Positions 19,246-28,879 of a stretch of DNA of 64,000 nucleotides are shown here, one piece after another. This DNA comes from a virus. Both the position numbers and the translations under genes were made by a program. Under the pieces are notes generated by a model. It was not told the DNA's origin, made no database searches, and worked only from the letters and a program-made list of their open reading frames with translations. The stretch is taken from UHGV virus genome UHGV-0087418, one strand, 5' to 3'. Every line of letters begins with the position of its first letter. Position 1 is the stretch's first letter.

Positions 19246-20673
19246 CTAAAATTTTAATTCATTTGCCAAAGCATCTAACTGAGCTCGAGCGGATTCGTTT
19301 CTTTGATAGCGATTCTGTTCAGCCTGAATCTGCTGTGAACCTGCTACTTCGTTCACTTCAGTTGGAGTAGAATCTTGCTCAATTTCTACCCATTTTTGAT
19401 TTCCTTTTTGAACACCCATCAAAAACTTATTCCATTTATTCTTATCACCATATCGTGATTTGATTTGCTTAATGAGTTGTTGTTCAGCAGCTGCTAGCTC
19501 CTCGGTTTCAATGACCGCAAGCATAAAATCTGCTGTTGCTGGAAGACCGGCAGATTCTGCAATATCGCTCATGTTAACATCAGAAGAATCCCAAGCTTGC
19601 TTACCAACCTGTGCTGCAGTCCAAAGAACAGTTTCGGTTTCAACAGCAAGAGCACGCAATTCCTCTGCGATAGCTTTAACAGTTGTGTAACTATTTTCTG
19701 AGTAAACTCTGATGCGGCAAGATTTACAAATACCCAGATAGTCAACAATAATGATTGTTGGAACAAAATTCTTCTTGAGCTTCAATTCATTCAAGAGAGA
19801 CCTGAATGTATTAGCGTCTGCTCCACCAGTAGGATACTGTTTAACGATTAAACGGCCGAGAGTAGATTTCTCACGCCATTTTTCCATTTTTCCTTTATAC
19901 TCAGCGTAAGAAATATGCCCATCATCAATGTCATCAAGAGAAACATCAAGCATATTAGCGTCAATACGCTTAGCACAGACTTCTTCTGCCATTTCCATGG
20001 AAATGTAAAGAACATTATGTCCGAGCTGCAAATAATCTGCTGCCAATGAACACAGACCTAATGACTTACCGACGTTAACACCAGCCATTAAAACGTTCAG
20101 TGTTCCAGTTTCAGCTCCGCCTTTAGTAATTTTATTTAGAATTTTGAGTTTAAATGGAACCTTACGAGCTTTATTCATATAAGATAGCCAACGTGCTTCG
20201 TAGTCATCCATCCAATCATGACCAACGTAACTATCAAATGAAATTGATAATGCTTGGCGCATGATGTCAGGAATAGCACCTACATCTGGCATTTTCTTAT
20301 TTCGTTTTTCTGGAGGAAGCTCAGCATTAGTTTGAATTTCAATTATTTTAGACGTAGCATTAAACATCGCCCTTTGCTGAACATATTTTTCTGTTTCTTT
20401 TACTAACCAGCTGTGGTCTTCTGGAGAATCGGCTAGTTTCGAAATAAGTGTTTTTACACCAGAATATTCTGTTTCAGTAAATGAACTATTTTCTAATGCA
20501 ACATTTAACGCATTAATAGATGGAACGCTATGGTACTCATTAACATGAGATTTAATTAATTTGAATGTATTTTTAGCTGGACCACTTTCAAAATATTCTG
20601 AATCCATATATGGCCAAACTTTTGAAAAATAAGCTTGATCAAATATGAGATGAGAAAGAATAATTTCTACCAC
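19246..20673 (-). CDS. 41: replicative DNA helicase (DnaB-like)
   Basis: 475 aa; Walker A GVNVGKS; RecA-fold helicase motifs. Confidence 0.9.
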   Translation of the reverse strand: MVEIILSHLIFDQAYFSKVWPYMDSEYFESGPAKNTFKLIKSHVNEYHSVPSINALNVALENSSFTETEYSGVKTLISKLADSPEDHSWLVKETEKYVQQRAMFNATSKIIEIQTNAELPPEKRNKKMPDVGAIPDIMRQALSISFDSYVGHDWMDDYEARWLSYMNKARKVPFKLKILNKITKGGAETGTLNVLMAGVNVGKSLGLCSLAADYLQLGHNVLYISMEMAEEVCAKRIDANMLDVSLDDIDDGHISYAEYKGKMEKWREKSTLGRLIVKQYPTGGADANTFRSLLNELKLKKNFVPTIIIVDYLGICKSCRIRVYSENSYTTVKAIAEELRALAVETETVLWTAAQVGKQAWDSSDVNMSDIAESAGLPATADFMLAVIETEELAAAEQQLIKQIKSRYGDKNKWNKFLMGVQKGNQKWVEIEQDSTPTEVNEVAGSQQIQAEQNRYQRNESARAQLDALANELKF

Positions 20674-20682
20674 ACTTACTCC

Positions 20683-21045
20683 TTAAAAGAATTTAAATTT
20701 TTTCTTTGACCTTTTATTAAATGCATCTTGTAGTTGCATTGTAATACATTTTTCTACATGAGGAGCTAACTCAGCTTTTCTTTCTTGGTCAAGAACAGCA
20801 AAGTCCATTACAACTTTTCCATCAACCCAATCTAATTTTGTCACATACACAATGTGTGTAGAACCATCTTCTAGTTTAATGACAATCTCCTGGATAACAT
20901 TTTCCATGGCAGATTTAATTATCTTAAGAGATTCATTAAAAAGACGTTCTTTTCTTTCTTCTTCCCCCTCCGAAGAGGGGGATTCATCGATAATTTCTAG
21001 ATCTAAATCTAAATCATCTTTATTCATTAAATTCTTCCATATCAC
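20683..21045 (-). CDS. hypothetical acidic protein (gene 40 position)
   Basis: 120 aa, between 41 and uvsX. Confidence 0.45.
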   Translation of the reverse strand: MIWKNLMNKDDLDLDLEIIDESPSSEGEEERKERLFNESLKIIKSAMENVIQEIVIKLEDGSTHIVYVTKLDWVDGKVVMDFAVLDQERKAELAPHVEKCITMQLQDAFNKRSKKKFKFF

Positions 21046-22201
21046 TTAACTGATCTAGGTCAGTTTCTAAATCAGCTGCTGATTTACTTTTACTTTCTGG
21101 AGATTTAAATTTTTCAACCTTTGAGTTAATCAATTCATCAACTTCAGCTTCAACAATTTCATTACTATCAATAGCACCTAACTGATAAGCGCGTTTAATA
21201 GCATCTCGGAATGGTTGATGCTTAAATAAAGGACCCCAGAATGTAGTGCAATTGGTATCTTTTGCACGCCAAGATTTTTCTTCGCGAATCATCTCGCCAG
21301 TTTCTTCGTCAAGAAATTCACGAGCATACCAGCCATTTTTAGGTTTTACCACAAATCCTAATTCAAGAGCCATATCTAACAATCCAGAATAAGGATCGAT
21401 ACCACCGTCAAATTTAACATCAATAAAGAATTTACTTTTTTCTTTAACGGTACGAGATTTTTCTACATTTAGAACAAATTGATACCCCTGAAGATCAGAA
21501 CCATCTTTAATCTGGCGCTTACCGATAATGAATACAGTATCAGCCGAATACATTACGCCTGTACCACCTGTCATCACGGTTTTACTGAACATTTCAATTG
21601 TTTCAATTGTATGGTTAACCGCAACGCATGGAATGTTTTTAATACTAAAATAAGGAGTAACAATACGGAATAATGACTTCAGTGATTTAGCACGAGTCAT
21701 ATCTGCCACAGATTTTTCATTCAAGGCATCTTCCGTTTCTTTCTTAGAAGCCATATTACCGATTGAGTCGATGAATACAATAACTTTTTCACCACGCTCA
21801 ATAGCTTCAAGCTGATTCACCATATCAATTTTCAGCTGTTCAACTGACTGGATTGGTGTGTGAATTACTCGTTCCGGGTCAACTCCCATGGATCGCAAAT
21901 AAGCTGGAGTAATACCAAATTCGCTATCATAGAATAGACATACCGCGTCAGGATATTTGTTCAAATACGCCGCAACCATAGTCAAAGACATATTTGATTT
22001 AAAGTGTTTAGAAGGACCTGCAAAAATGGTTAAACCAGACTGCATACCACCATCAATCGCACCAGAAATAGCGATATTAAGCATTGGGATTTTTGTACGG
22101 ATTACATCCTTTTCATTAAAGAATTTAGATGTAGTCAGTTCAGCAGTCATTTTAGAAGTGGAAGCTTTAATCAAACGGGATTTTAAATCTGCAATAGACA
22201 T
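21020..22201 (-). CDS. uvsX: UvsX recombinase (RecA homologue)
   Basis: 393 aa; Walker A GPSKHFKS; very similar to, but not identical with, the T4 UvsX I recall. Confidence 0.9.
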   Translation of the reverse strand: MSIADLKSRLIKASTSKMTAELTTSKFFNEKDVIRTKIPMLNIAISGAIDGGMQSGLTIFAGPSKHFKSNMSLTMVAAYLNKYPDAVCLFYDSEFGITPAYLRSMGVDPERVIHTPIQSVEQLKIDMVNQLEAIERGEKVIVFIDSIGNMASKKETEDALNEKSVADMTRAKSLKSLFRIVTPYFSIKNIPCVAVNHTIETIEMFSKTVMTGGTGVMYSADTVFIIGKRQIKDGSDLQGYQFVLNVEKSRTVKEKSKFFIDVKFDGGIDPYSGLLDMALELGFVVKPKNGWYAREFLDEETGEMIREEKSWRAKDTNCTTFWGPLFKHQPFRDAIKRAYQLGAIDSNEIVEAEVDELINSKVEKFKSPESKSKSAADLETDLDQLSDMEEFNE

Positions 22202-22280
22202 TCATTTTTTCCATAGGCATCATTATATTTTCCTCACTGGTTAAAGATAGAGTAATTATAACACAAAATAAATTTAGGCA

Positions 22281-23123
22281 TTAATCAACTGCTATTGGAT
22301 GAATAGCATTAAACTTATGAAATGCTTCTGATTTTTCTTTGCGCGAAACACACATGCGAAGAACCTTTAATGGCTCGTCTTCTTCACCCAACGATTTTCT
22401 CTTTTCAATATTCGATGTTTTCCAACGAGCTTGCTCTGGAAACTCTCTATTGATTTGCTCAAGAGCTCTATTATGTTTTGAATTACTACGAATTGAACTG
22501 CACCCGCCCGGAGCCTGTGCTTTTCCAGATACAACCAGATATTTGAACAAGGCCAAATGCGGATAACCTTGATTAATTAAATTGAGAAATGCATACATAT
22601 CTTCGCATAAATCAATTTTTCCATACCCAATTTGTTCTGTCGTAAGTTTTCCGAGGTCATACCATGTATTCGTGAATCCATATGAATTTTCACGATAATT
22701 ACCCCAAGATGAAGTAATTTTAAAAATTGGTAGGCGAGCATGACCATGATAATACCCACAATCCATGGCATCTTCAACGTATTGAATCAATTCATAGAAC
22801 TGTTCACGGGTTAATTGATTGACTTTATCTACACAACGACGGTCATCTCTTTTTCGCATTGAACTCATACGAATAGTAGTATCGTCGTCAATCATCCAGA
22901 TTCGTTGACCTGCATACATATCAGTAATTGCTTTACGAGTACCGGCAATTCCGTTTACATCATCAGGAATAGTTATAATTTTAGCTCTAGACCCATAGGC
23001 ATCATAATAAGCTTTTTCTTCATGTTCACGCACTACAATATGGGGTTCATAATCAGTCGGAAACATATCAAGGGCAGAAACTGCCCCGACACGCTGATAA
23101 CTTGGAATTACGAATTGAATCAT
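22281..23123 (-). CDS. putative glycosyltransferase (DxD type), possibly a DNA glucosyltransferase
   Basis: 280 aa; VIPSYQR ... DDD motif; occupies the uvsX-42 interval where T-even phages carry HMC-DNA glucosyltransferases. Confidence 0.4.
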   Translation of the reverse strand: MIQFVIPSYQRVGAVSALDMFPTDYEPHIVVREHEEKAYYDAYGSRAKIITIPDDVNGIAGTRKAITDMYAGQRIWMIDDDTTIRMSSMRKRDDRRCVDKVNQLTREQFYELIQYVEDAMDCGYYHGHARLPIFKITSSWGNYRENSYGFTNTWYDLGKLTTEQIGYGKIDLCEDMYAFLNLINQGYPHLALFKYLVVSGKAQAPGGCSSIRSNSKHNRALEQINREFPEQARWKTSNIEKRKSLGEEDEPLKVLRMCVSRKEKSEAFHKFNAIHPIAVD

Positions 23124-23761
23124 TTAAGTGCCTTACATTTGTCAAAATGGTATCTTGTCATATTTGGCCCACGTCCTTTTAGTCCGCAATGCGGACATAT
23201 TTTTTCTATCAAATTATGAGGTTTTCCTTTACGATTTTTAGACATCGTTTCTTTAATTATTTTAGCTTTTTCTGCGCCAAAAATTTCTTCATAAGTTTTA
23301 CCAGAATTTTCCTTTGCTCGATTTATAATTCCATATGCCTGCTCATTTTTACCATACATTGGATTACCTTCGCCTTTCATTCTTTTAGAATGATCAGGAC
23401 GCTTGATTCCACGAAAGGCATTTCCGCACTTATATCTTTCTTCTGGAGATAGTTTTTTACCGTACATTCCATTTAATTTGCCTGGAAAACTTCCTCCCCA
23501 TGCTTCATTCTTTAAATTATATGAATCCGGACAATTAGCAGCATCTAAACAAGTTAAAATAATTTCTTCAACCTGTCTAAACATTGGTCCTTCATATAAT
23601 ATTTCTTTATTAAAGGATTTTATTCCATATTTCTTTTTAGCATGTTGCCAAACTACACCCGAACCATCATAATTTGGGTTGTGACCATCATGACTTCCTA
23701 TATACCACTTTTTAGTTTTAGGATGTTTATACTTATAAACATGTGGCACATTTACTTCCAT
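23120..23761 (-). CDS. GIY-YIG-like (seg-type) homing endonuclease
   Basis: 213 aa; N-terminal VYKY...KWYIGS (GIY-YIG variant), NUMOD-like GK...YGK repeats, C-terminal CPHCG...YHFDKC zinc module. Confidence 0.5.
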   Translation of the reverse strand: MEVNVPHVYKYKHPKTKKWYIGSHDGHNPNYDGSGVVWQHAKKKYGIKSFNKEILYEGPMFRQVEEIILTCLDAANCPDSYNLKNEAWGGSFPGKLNGMYGKKLSPEERYKCGNAFRGIKRPDHSKRMKGEGNPMYGKNEQAYGIINRAKENSGKTYEEIFGAEKAKIIKETMSKNRKGKPHNLIEKICPHCGLKGRGPNMTRYHFDKCKALK

Positions 23762-24492
23762 TTTCCAGTATAATCCTTTTTAGCAATATGAGTTTCACCA
23801 GTGTTCCACCAATGGTCAACTAAATAAAACTGATTTTCGTACACATGAAGACTTCCAACGTTCCATATAATAGAACCTGCTTTATATTGCCGCGATGGGT
23901 CGCCTGCATTCAAATCAGATACTAATTTATCTAGTACGTATTTTTGCCATGCATAATCATTACGATAGCCTGCCCAGCAGTCATTGCTTCTCATATTAAC
24001 AACTGCATTGACTTTCTTGTCACGAATCAGATACTGTACGGTATTCGTACACATGAAATCTGACATACCATCTTTATTGTAGTCAAACTGCATAGATGGA
24101 CGAGTATAAATCATGATACCACGTCGAGAATCAGGATTTTGACCAAGTTCAGCTAAACACATATCATACTGGGCATAGTTATCTTCTGACCAGATGGCCC
24201 AACCATAATTCGAGTTAATTTCGCCTTTAGAAGATGCTACCTGCTGCCAAATCTTCGGTGTTTCACCCGGAATATCTTTAACAAACAAACTTTTAGATTT
24301 ATACCATTCAAGTTCACGTTGAATGTATTCATCATTAAGAGCGCCAAAAATAAACGGTTCATCTGCTACAAATGATGCACCAATAATTTCAATAGTTTTA
24401 ACACCAGTTTTATCAACTACGAAATCTTTTTCCTTTAATGCAAGCCCCAAATGAAGACGGATTTCTTCAACTGTCATAGAGTCACTAATCAT
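23752..24492 (-). CDS. 42: dCMP hydroxymethylase (thymidylate-synthase fold)
   Basis: 246 aa, same length as T4 gp42; ThyA-like motifs. Confidence 0.9.
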   Translation of the reverse strand: MISDSMTVEEIRLHLGLALKEKDFVVDKTGVKTIEIIGASFVADEPFIFGALNDEYIQRELEWYKSKSLFVKDIPGETPKIWQQVASSKGEINSNYGWAIWSEDNYAQYDMCLAELGQNPDSRRGIMIYTRPSMQFDYNKDGMSDFMCTNTVQYLIRDKKVNAVVNMRSNDCWAGYRNDYAWQKYVLDKLVSDLNAGDPSRQYKAGSIIWNVGSLHVYENQFYLVDHWWNTGETHIAKKDYTGKWK

Positions 24493-24499
24493 TTAAACC

Positions 24500-24649
24500 T
24501 CAATTGATACATTCATATTTAACTTGTAACAGTAATAAACCCCAACCTATAATAAGTGTCGGAATCATACAAGGAACCGTTACGCTATAGTATATACTTA
24601 TTATAATCATCAAGATTAAAAGCAATACTGCTAAAATTTTGCTTTTCAT
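24500..24649 (-). CDS. small hydrophobic membrane peptide (49 aa)
   Basis: Hand-translated MKSKILAVLLLILMIIISIYYSVTVPCMIPTLIIGWGLLLLQVKYECIN; ATGA overlap with the imm stop. Confidence 0.35.
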   Translation of the reverse strand: MKSKILAVLLLILMIIISIYYSVTVPCMIPTLIIGWGLLLLQVKYECIN

Positions 24650-24897
24650 TCCTTCTCTCTGATGATAATTACTTGGTTTTGCTGTGCAGATTTTTTAGTT
24701 TCACCCGCAATTGACCAAATAAATGTAATAAACCAACCAATAATTGACCAATTAAACAGTAAAGATGTGAAAAAGATTCCTACTGTCGATTTTGACCCAC
24801 GCATCAAGGCGATGAACCACGGAAGCATGTATATAATAATAGCCAACACGCCTGAAACTAAAACCATAAAAATTGAACCTGCTACTAAAGTTTCCAT
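24646..24897 (-). CDS. imm: immunity protein Imm (superinfection exclusion, inner membrane)
   Basis: 83 aa with two transmembrane segments; position between 42 and 43. Confidence 0.7.
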   Translation of the reverse strand: METLVAGSIFMVLVSGVLAIIIYMLPWFIALMRGSKSTVGIFFTSLLFNWSIIGWFITFIWSIAGETKKSAQQNQVIIIREKE

Positions 24898-24904
24898 CTT
24901 TTCC

Positions 24905-25285
24905 TCACTTAGTCAAATTTTTTACGCATGAATTATAAGAATTCACTACATACTCCATCGGAGCATTTTTACCAGTACGCCATTGATAATTATTAGCCCA
25001 ATTAGCCCAAAGTTCGGCGCAGTAGTTTTCAATTTTTTCTTCGCGTGTAATTACATCCGAATTACGATATGCTTGAGCAGATTCATCTGGACGAATAGCT
25101 TCGTCAAAATTCGCCTGCATTTGTTCTACTGTCTGTTTTGGAGCTTCTTTATAACACTTAACATTAGGATTATAAAATTTGCTTGAACAATTTACAATTT
25201 TTCCTACATCAGACTGATTTACTACCGGTCCTTGAGCTACACAGCCAGTAAGACCTAATGCAATAACCAAAATAGCAATTTTCAT
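24905..25285 (-). CDS. putative lipoprotein (imm.1-like)
   Basis: 126 aa; signal peptide with lipobox LTGC. Confidence 0.5.
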   Translation of the reverse strand: MKIAILVIALGLTGCVAQGPVVNQSDVGKIVNCSSKFYNPNVKCYKEAPKQTVEQMQANFDEAIRPDESAQAYRNSDVITREEKIENYCAELWANWANNYQWRTGKNAPMEYVVNSYNSCVKNLTK

Positions 25286-25295
25286 AATAATTTCC

Positions 25296-25553
25296 TCAAA
25301 TACAAGTAGTAATTACTCCAGTAGTGCTTACACAGGTATTACCTAATTGAACACCAAGCGTTCCATTAGTATTCATATGAAGATTATCATCAATTTTTGT
25401 TGATACTTTACCATTCATGTGAATAACAGTATTAGATTCAATCACATTCTGAGTGTCATTTTCAATATCAATAAATGGAACAGCTGCTAATGCAACTAGA
25501 ACAACTGCTAATGCAACTAAACACGCTGCTAAACAACCATAAACAATTTTCAT
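25296..25553 (-). CDS. small membrane protein
   Basis: True start ATG 25551-25553 (MKIVYGCLAACLVALAVVLVALAAV...), 85 aa; the ORF-track extension translates the promoter/leader. Confidence 0.45.
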   Translation of the reverse strand: MKIVYGCLAACLVALAVVLVALAAVPFIDIENDTQNVIESNTVIHMNGKVSTKIDDNLHMNTNGTLGVQLGNTCVSTTGVITTCI

Positions 25554-25561
25554 TTTATTCT

Positions 25562-25617
25562 CCAAATCCGTATCAGTTGATAGTTGTATAGTACCACGGA
25601 AGAACAGGGATGTAAAT
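25562..25617 (-). promoter_or_regulatory. Early-promoter/leader cassette, copy A (repeated at 53960-54014)
   Basis: 35-nt string ccaaatccgtatcagttgatagttgtatagtacca identical to 53960-53994; -10-like atagta and -35-like gtaaat. Confidence 0.5.
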
Positions 25618-25705
25618 AGTTTTGTGAAAAAATTTTTAATGAATTTACAGGACCTAGAATCATCTATTTTTCTTAAGTATAGATTTATATTACTTGTATG
25701 AAAAA

Positions 25706-25721
25706 GGGACCCGGAGGTCCC
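25706..25721 (-). terminator. Intrinsic terminator hairpin
   Basis: gggacc-cgga-ggtccc followed by T5 on the minus strand, after gene 43. Confidence 0.6.
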
Positions 25722-25734
25722 TAGATTTATTCTA

Positions 25735-28431
25735 TCAGCCAAACAGGAAGTCTAACGAAGCTTTTTCTTCATAGTCCATACCTGCCGATTCACACATGCC
25801 CGCAAGCGGTTTAACAAACGATTTTTGGAACAAAGTTGAGTAGTCAATCCAAGACAGTACGTCAGAACGAATTTCTTTTGGAAGTTCTGTGCCTGATGGC
25901 CAAGCAATACACTTGTCACCAAATGGATTTCCTTCACGTAATGGAAGAACCATTACCTTATTTCCATCCAAAATTGGAGCTACACCTAAACCGCTAACAG
26001 CTCGACGATAAGTTAGCACACCACGAATATGGAACGGACATTTAAATCCTGGCCAACCTTTATCATCATATTTCGCTATATCGTTCGCAGTTTTTACTTC
26101 AGCAATAACTTTATAGTCAAGTTGACGATATTCTTTCTCAAAGTTCTTGTAGTATTCTTGGACAGACTCTTCGCCTTCTTGAAGAATACGACGAATACTT
26201 TCTTCGAGAGCTTCTTGTACTGCTTTTGGTGTTGAACTCTGCTGAGTTTCCATACCCATGATTTTTAAATGCGGTTCGGCAAATCGCTTATCTTCCATAT
26301 CATAAACGTTCAGAGCATAACGTTTTTTCGCTTTCCAAAATCCACCGACACCCTTTGAACCAAGTGGAGGGCAAGAAATAGCTTCACGGTCCATATGCAT
26401 CAGATGCTCGCGGTTATTCATATAGTCACATAACTCACGATATGCAACATCAATCATAGGTTCCATCTTTTTCTTACCGAACTGATTCATGAATTCAACT
26501 AAATCATTTTGTTCTTTAAAGCGGTCAAGACCTACTTTTTCAATAACTTTATCTACACAAACATATACCGAATCAGTATCACCTGCTGCGATGAAATCTT
26601 CACCATTAGTTCCACACACTTTATTTAGATATTCATTAATTTTGCGAGCAATCCACTGAATACCGACTTGACCGAAAATTGTGATAGCAGTAGCATTTCG
26701 CAAATCATAGTAACGGAAATGAATATTACCAAGAGCACCATAAAGACTGTTAATAAGAATTTTACGGTTCAGCTGATTTGTGTTAGCAAGTGTAGCAGCT
26801 TTTTCACATTCTTCAATCAGACTGTTAAGAACAGATTCGGTGTAATTCGATAATTCGTTTAAGAAATCATCACTGAACTTAACATATCGTTCAACTTCTG
26901 GTTTAGTTGAGCAAGACCCTGCACCTTTCATAATAATCTTTTTAATAGATTCGGCATTCATTTCTTCCGCGAACATTTTCTTTTTCCAATCTTTACGCTG
27001 GAAAAATACTTTAGCGATTTCCTTTGGAATGATACCTTCTTGGTGCTTATCATACATCCATCCATTCGGAGAGCAAGAATATTCATCACTTGGCTTAGGA
27101 GCTGTTCCTGCGATATATTCATGAATTGGATGAACTTTAAACTGCCCGCGAATAGTCTCAGGACTAATGTTAACCTGACGAATAATGCTAGGATACAGAG
27201 ACGTCAAGTCAAAACTCATAATGTATCGACGAGCAATCGGTTTAGGTTCAAACACAAATGCACCTGGAAAACTCTGTTTAACGTGCGAACCTTGTTGAGG
27301 AATAACCTTATGTTCACCTTTCAGTGAGTTAAAAATAATAGCGTCCCAAGTTTTAATAGGACTCATTACACCAGAAAAAGGCATTTTAGCGTAATAAGAC
27401 ATACTTAAAACTAGATCGATAAACCCACGAATTTTATCAATTGCTTGAACTGATTCTACGTCAATGATGTTATAACTAATGTATCGTTGATGATTAGTCT
27501 CACGAAGTTTATTAATAGGACCATCGTACGGCAATTTACCTTTTTTGGTTTCATGTTGAGCAACTGATTCCAACGAGAACGATGGCAAATTAGTAAATGC
27601 GAACTTCTTGTATAAATCTAAATAATCAAGAATAGATACGCCATCAATAGAATAAATTTCTTTGCTACCGTACATATTTTGAATTAGTTTAGATTTTACT
27701 CGACCGATTGGAGAGAAGCGTTTCATACTACGTTCACCGAGAACCATTTTAACGCGATTCATGATATACGGAACGTCAAATCCCTCAATATTCCAACCAG
27801 TAAAAATAGCAGGTCGTTTCTGTTCCCAGAGATTGATATATTCCATGAGCATATCACGCTCATTATCGAATGGCATATAAATTACTCGGTCAAGAATTTC
27901 TTGAGGAACTTCATCACCACCTTCACAGTCAAGCTTAGCAGCTAACTTTGCATCCCATTTTGATACTGAACCGTACATTGAATTCAACAAATCAAAGACG
28001 TAAAAACGGTCGTCAATTGAATCGTAATGAGTGATAGCATCAATTTCATATTCTGCTTTCATTGGGTCAGGAAATTTATCACCAGTAACCTCAATGTCGC
28101 AGTTAGCTACACGAACAAATTTTCGGTCATAAACAATTTCTGAACCATATGTATCACTGATATAAGCGAGTTTAAAATCGTTCATACCGAGAGCTTCGAG
28201 ACCGATGTCTTCCATTCGCTTCATCCAGTCTCGTGCATCTTTCATTGATGGAAATTTTTGAGGAGCGCAATTTTTACCATAAATGTCTTTGTATTTTGAC
28301 TCTTCCTTACAATGCCTAAACATAGTCGGAAGATATTCTACTTCACGAGTACGTTCCTTTCCGTTTTCATCAATATAACGTTCAACAATATTATTTCCGA
28401 CTGTTTCGATAGAGATATAAAATTCTTTCAT
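25735..28431 (-). CDS. 43: DNA polymerase (family B)
   Basis: 898 aa, same length as T4 gp43; exonuclease and polymerase motifs (DTDS, YGALG). Confidence 0.95.
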   Translation of the reverse strand: MKEFYISIETVGNNIVERYIDENGKERTREVEYLPTMFRHCKEESKYKDIYGKNCAPQKFPSMKDARDWMKRMEDIGLEALGMNDFKLAYISDTYGSEIVYDRKFVRVANCDIEVTGDKFPDPMKAEYEIDAITHYDSIDDRFYVFDLLNSMYGSVSKWDAKLAAKLDCEGGDEVPQEILDRVIYMPFDNERDMLMEYINLWEQKRPAIFTGWNIEGFDVPYIMNRVKMVLGERSMKRFSPIGRVKSKLIQNMYGSKEIYSIDGVSILDYLDLYKKFAFTNLPSFSLESVAQHETKKGKLPYDGPINKLRETNHQRYISYNIIDVESVQAIDKIRGFIDLVLSMSYYAKMPFSGVMSPIKTWDAIIFNSLKGEHKVIPQQGSHVKQSFPGAFVFEPKPIARRYIMSFDLTSLYPSIIRQVNISPETIRGQFKVHPIHEYIAGTAPKPSDEYSCSPNGWMYDKHQEGIIPKEIAKVFFQRKDWKKKMFAEEMNAESIKKIIMKGAGSCSTKPEVERYVKFSDDFLNELSNYTESVLNSLIEECEKAATLANTNQLNRKILINSLYGALGNIHFRYYDLRNATAITIFGQVGIQWIARKINEYLNKVCGTNGEDFIAAGDTDSVYVCVDKVIEKVGLDRFKEQNDLVEFMNQFGKKKMEPMIDVAYRELCDYMNNREHLMHMDREAISCPPLGSKGVGGFWKAKKRYALNVYDMEDKRFAEPHLKIMGMETQQSSTPKAVQEALEESIRRILQEGEESVQEYYKNFEKEYRQLDYKVIAEVKTANDIAKYDDKGWPGFKCPFHIRGVLTYRRAVSGLGVAPILDGNKVMVLPLREGNPFGDKCIAWPSGTELPKEIRSDVLSWIDYSTLFQKSFVKPLAGMCESAGMDYEEKASLDFLFG

Positions 28432-28491
28432 AGATATTCCTTAGTTTATAGCCCGAGTTATTAGGCTCTTGATATATTATACTCCAAATAA

Positions 28492-28505
28492 GGGGCCGAA
28501 GCCCC
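28492..28505 (-). terminator. Stem-loop with UUCG tetraloop
   Basis: ggggc-cgaa-gcccc hairpin just downstream of regA. Confidence 0.5.
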
Positions 28506-28509
28506 TTGC

Positions 28510-28878
28510 TTAATTACCAATCGTATATTTTGGAACGAGTTTCCATTCATGTTTTTGTTTAAAAGAAATAACTCGGAAGTTATTAGTTAAATCTTTCATA
28601 AAAGTTCTTTGACCAGGAACGATTTCAATCAGTCCCCAATCTTCTAACAGCCACGCAATCGAATCACGACGAACTTCATCTTCTTCTGTCATTTCAACCT
28701 GACGGCCATCCATACGAAGCATTTCTTTAAAATGAACGATATAGTATAGTCCTTTTTTCTGAAGAATATGACAGGACTGATACAGAACTTTATCTTTATT
28801 ATTAGCAATTCCCATACGAGTCAAGGTTTCTTTTACTTTCAGAAAATCTTCAGGTTTTTTAAGAGTAATTTCAATCAT
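28510..28878 (-). CDS. regA: RegA translational repressor
   Basis: 122 aa, MIEITLKKPEDFLKVKETLTRMGIANN...; position after 62. Confidence 0.85.
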   Translation of the reverse strand: MIEITLKKPEDFLKVKETLTRMGIANNKDKVLYQSCHILQKKGLYYIVHFKEMLRMDGRQVEMTEEDEVRRDSIAWLLEDWGLIEIVPGQRTFMKDLTNNFRVISFKQKHEWKLVPKYTIGN

Positions 28879-28879
28879 T

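Noticed and set aside
25554-25742. N-terminal extensions of ORF-track entries 25296-25742 and 53802-54071 (shared peptide TIQLSTDTDL)
   Set aside because: The shared peptide is the translation of the duplicated promoter/leader cassette; the true starts are the ATGs 9 nt downstream of the cassette.
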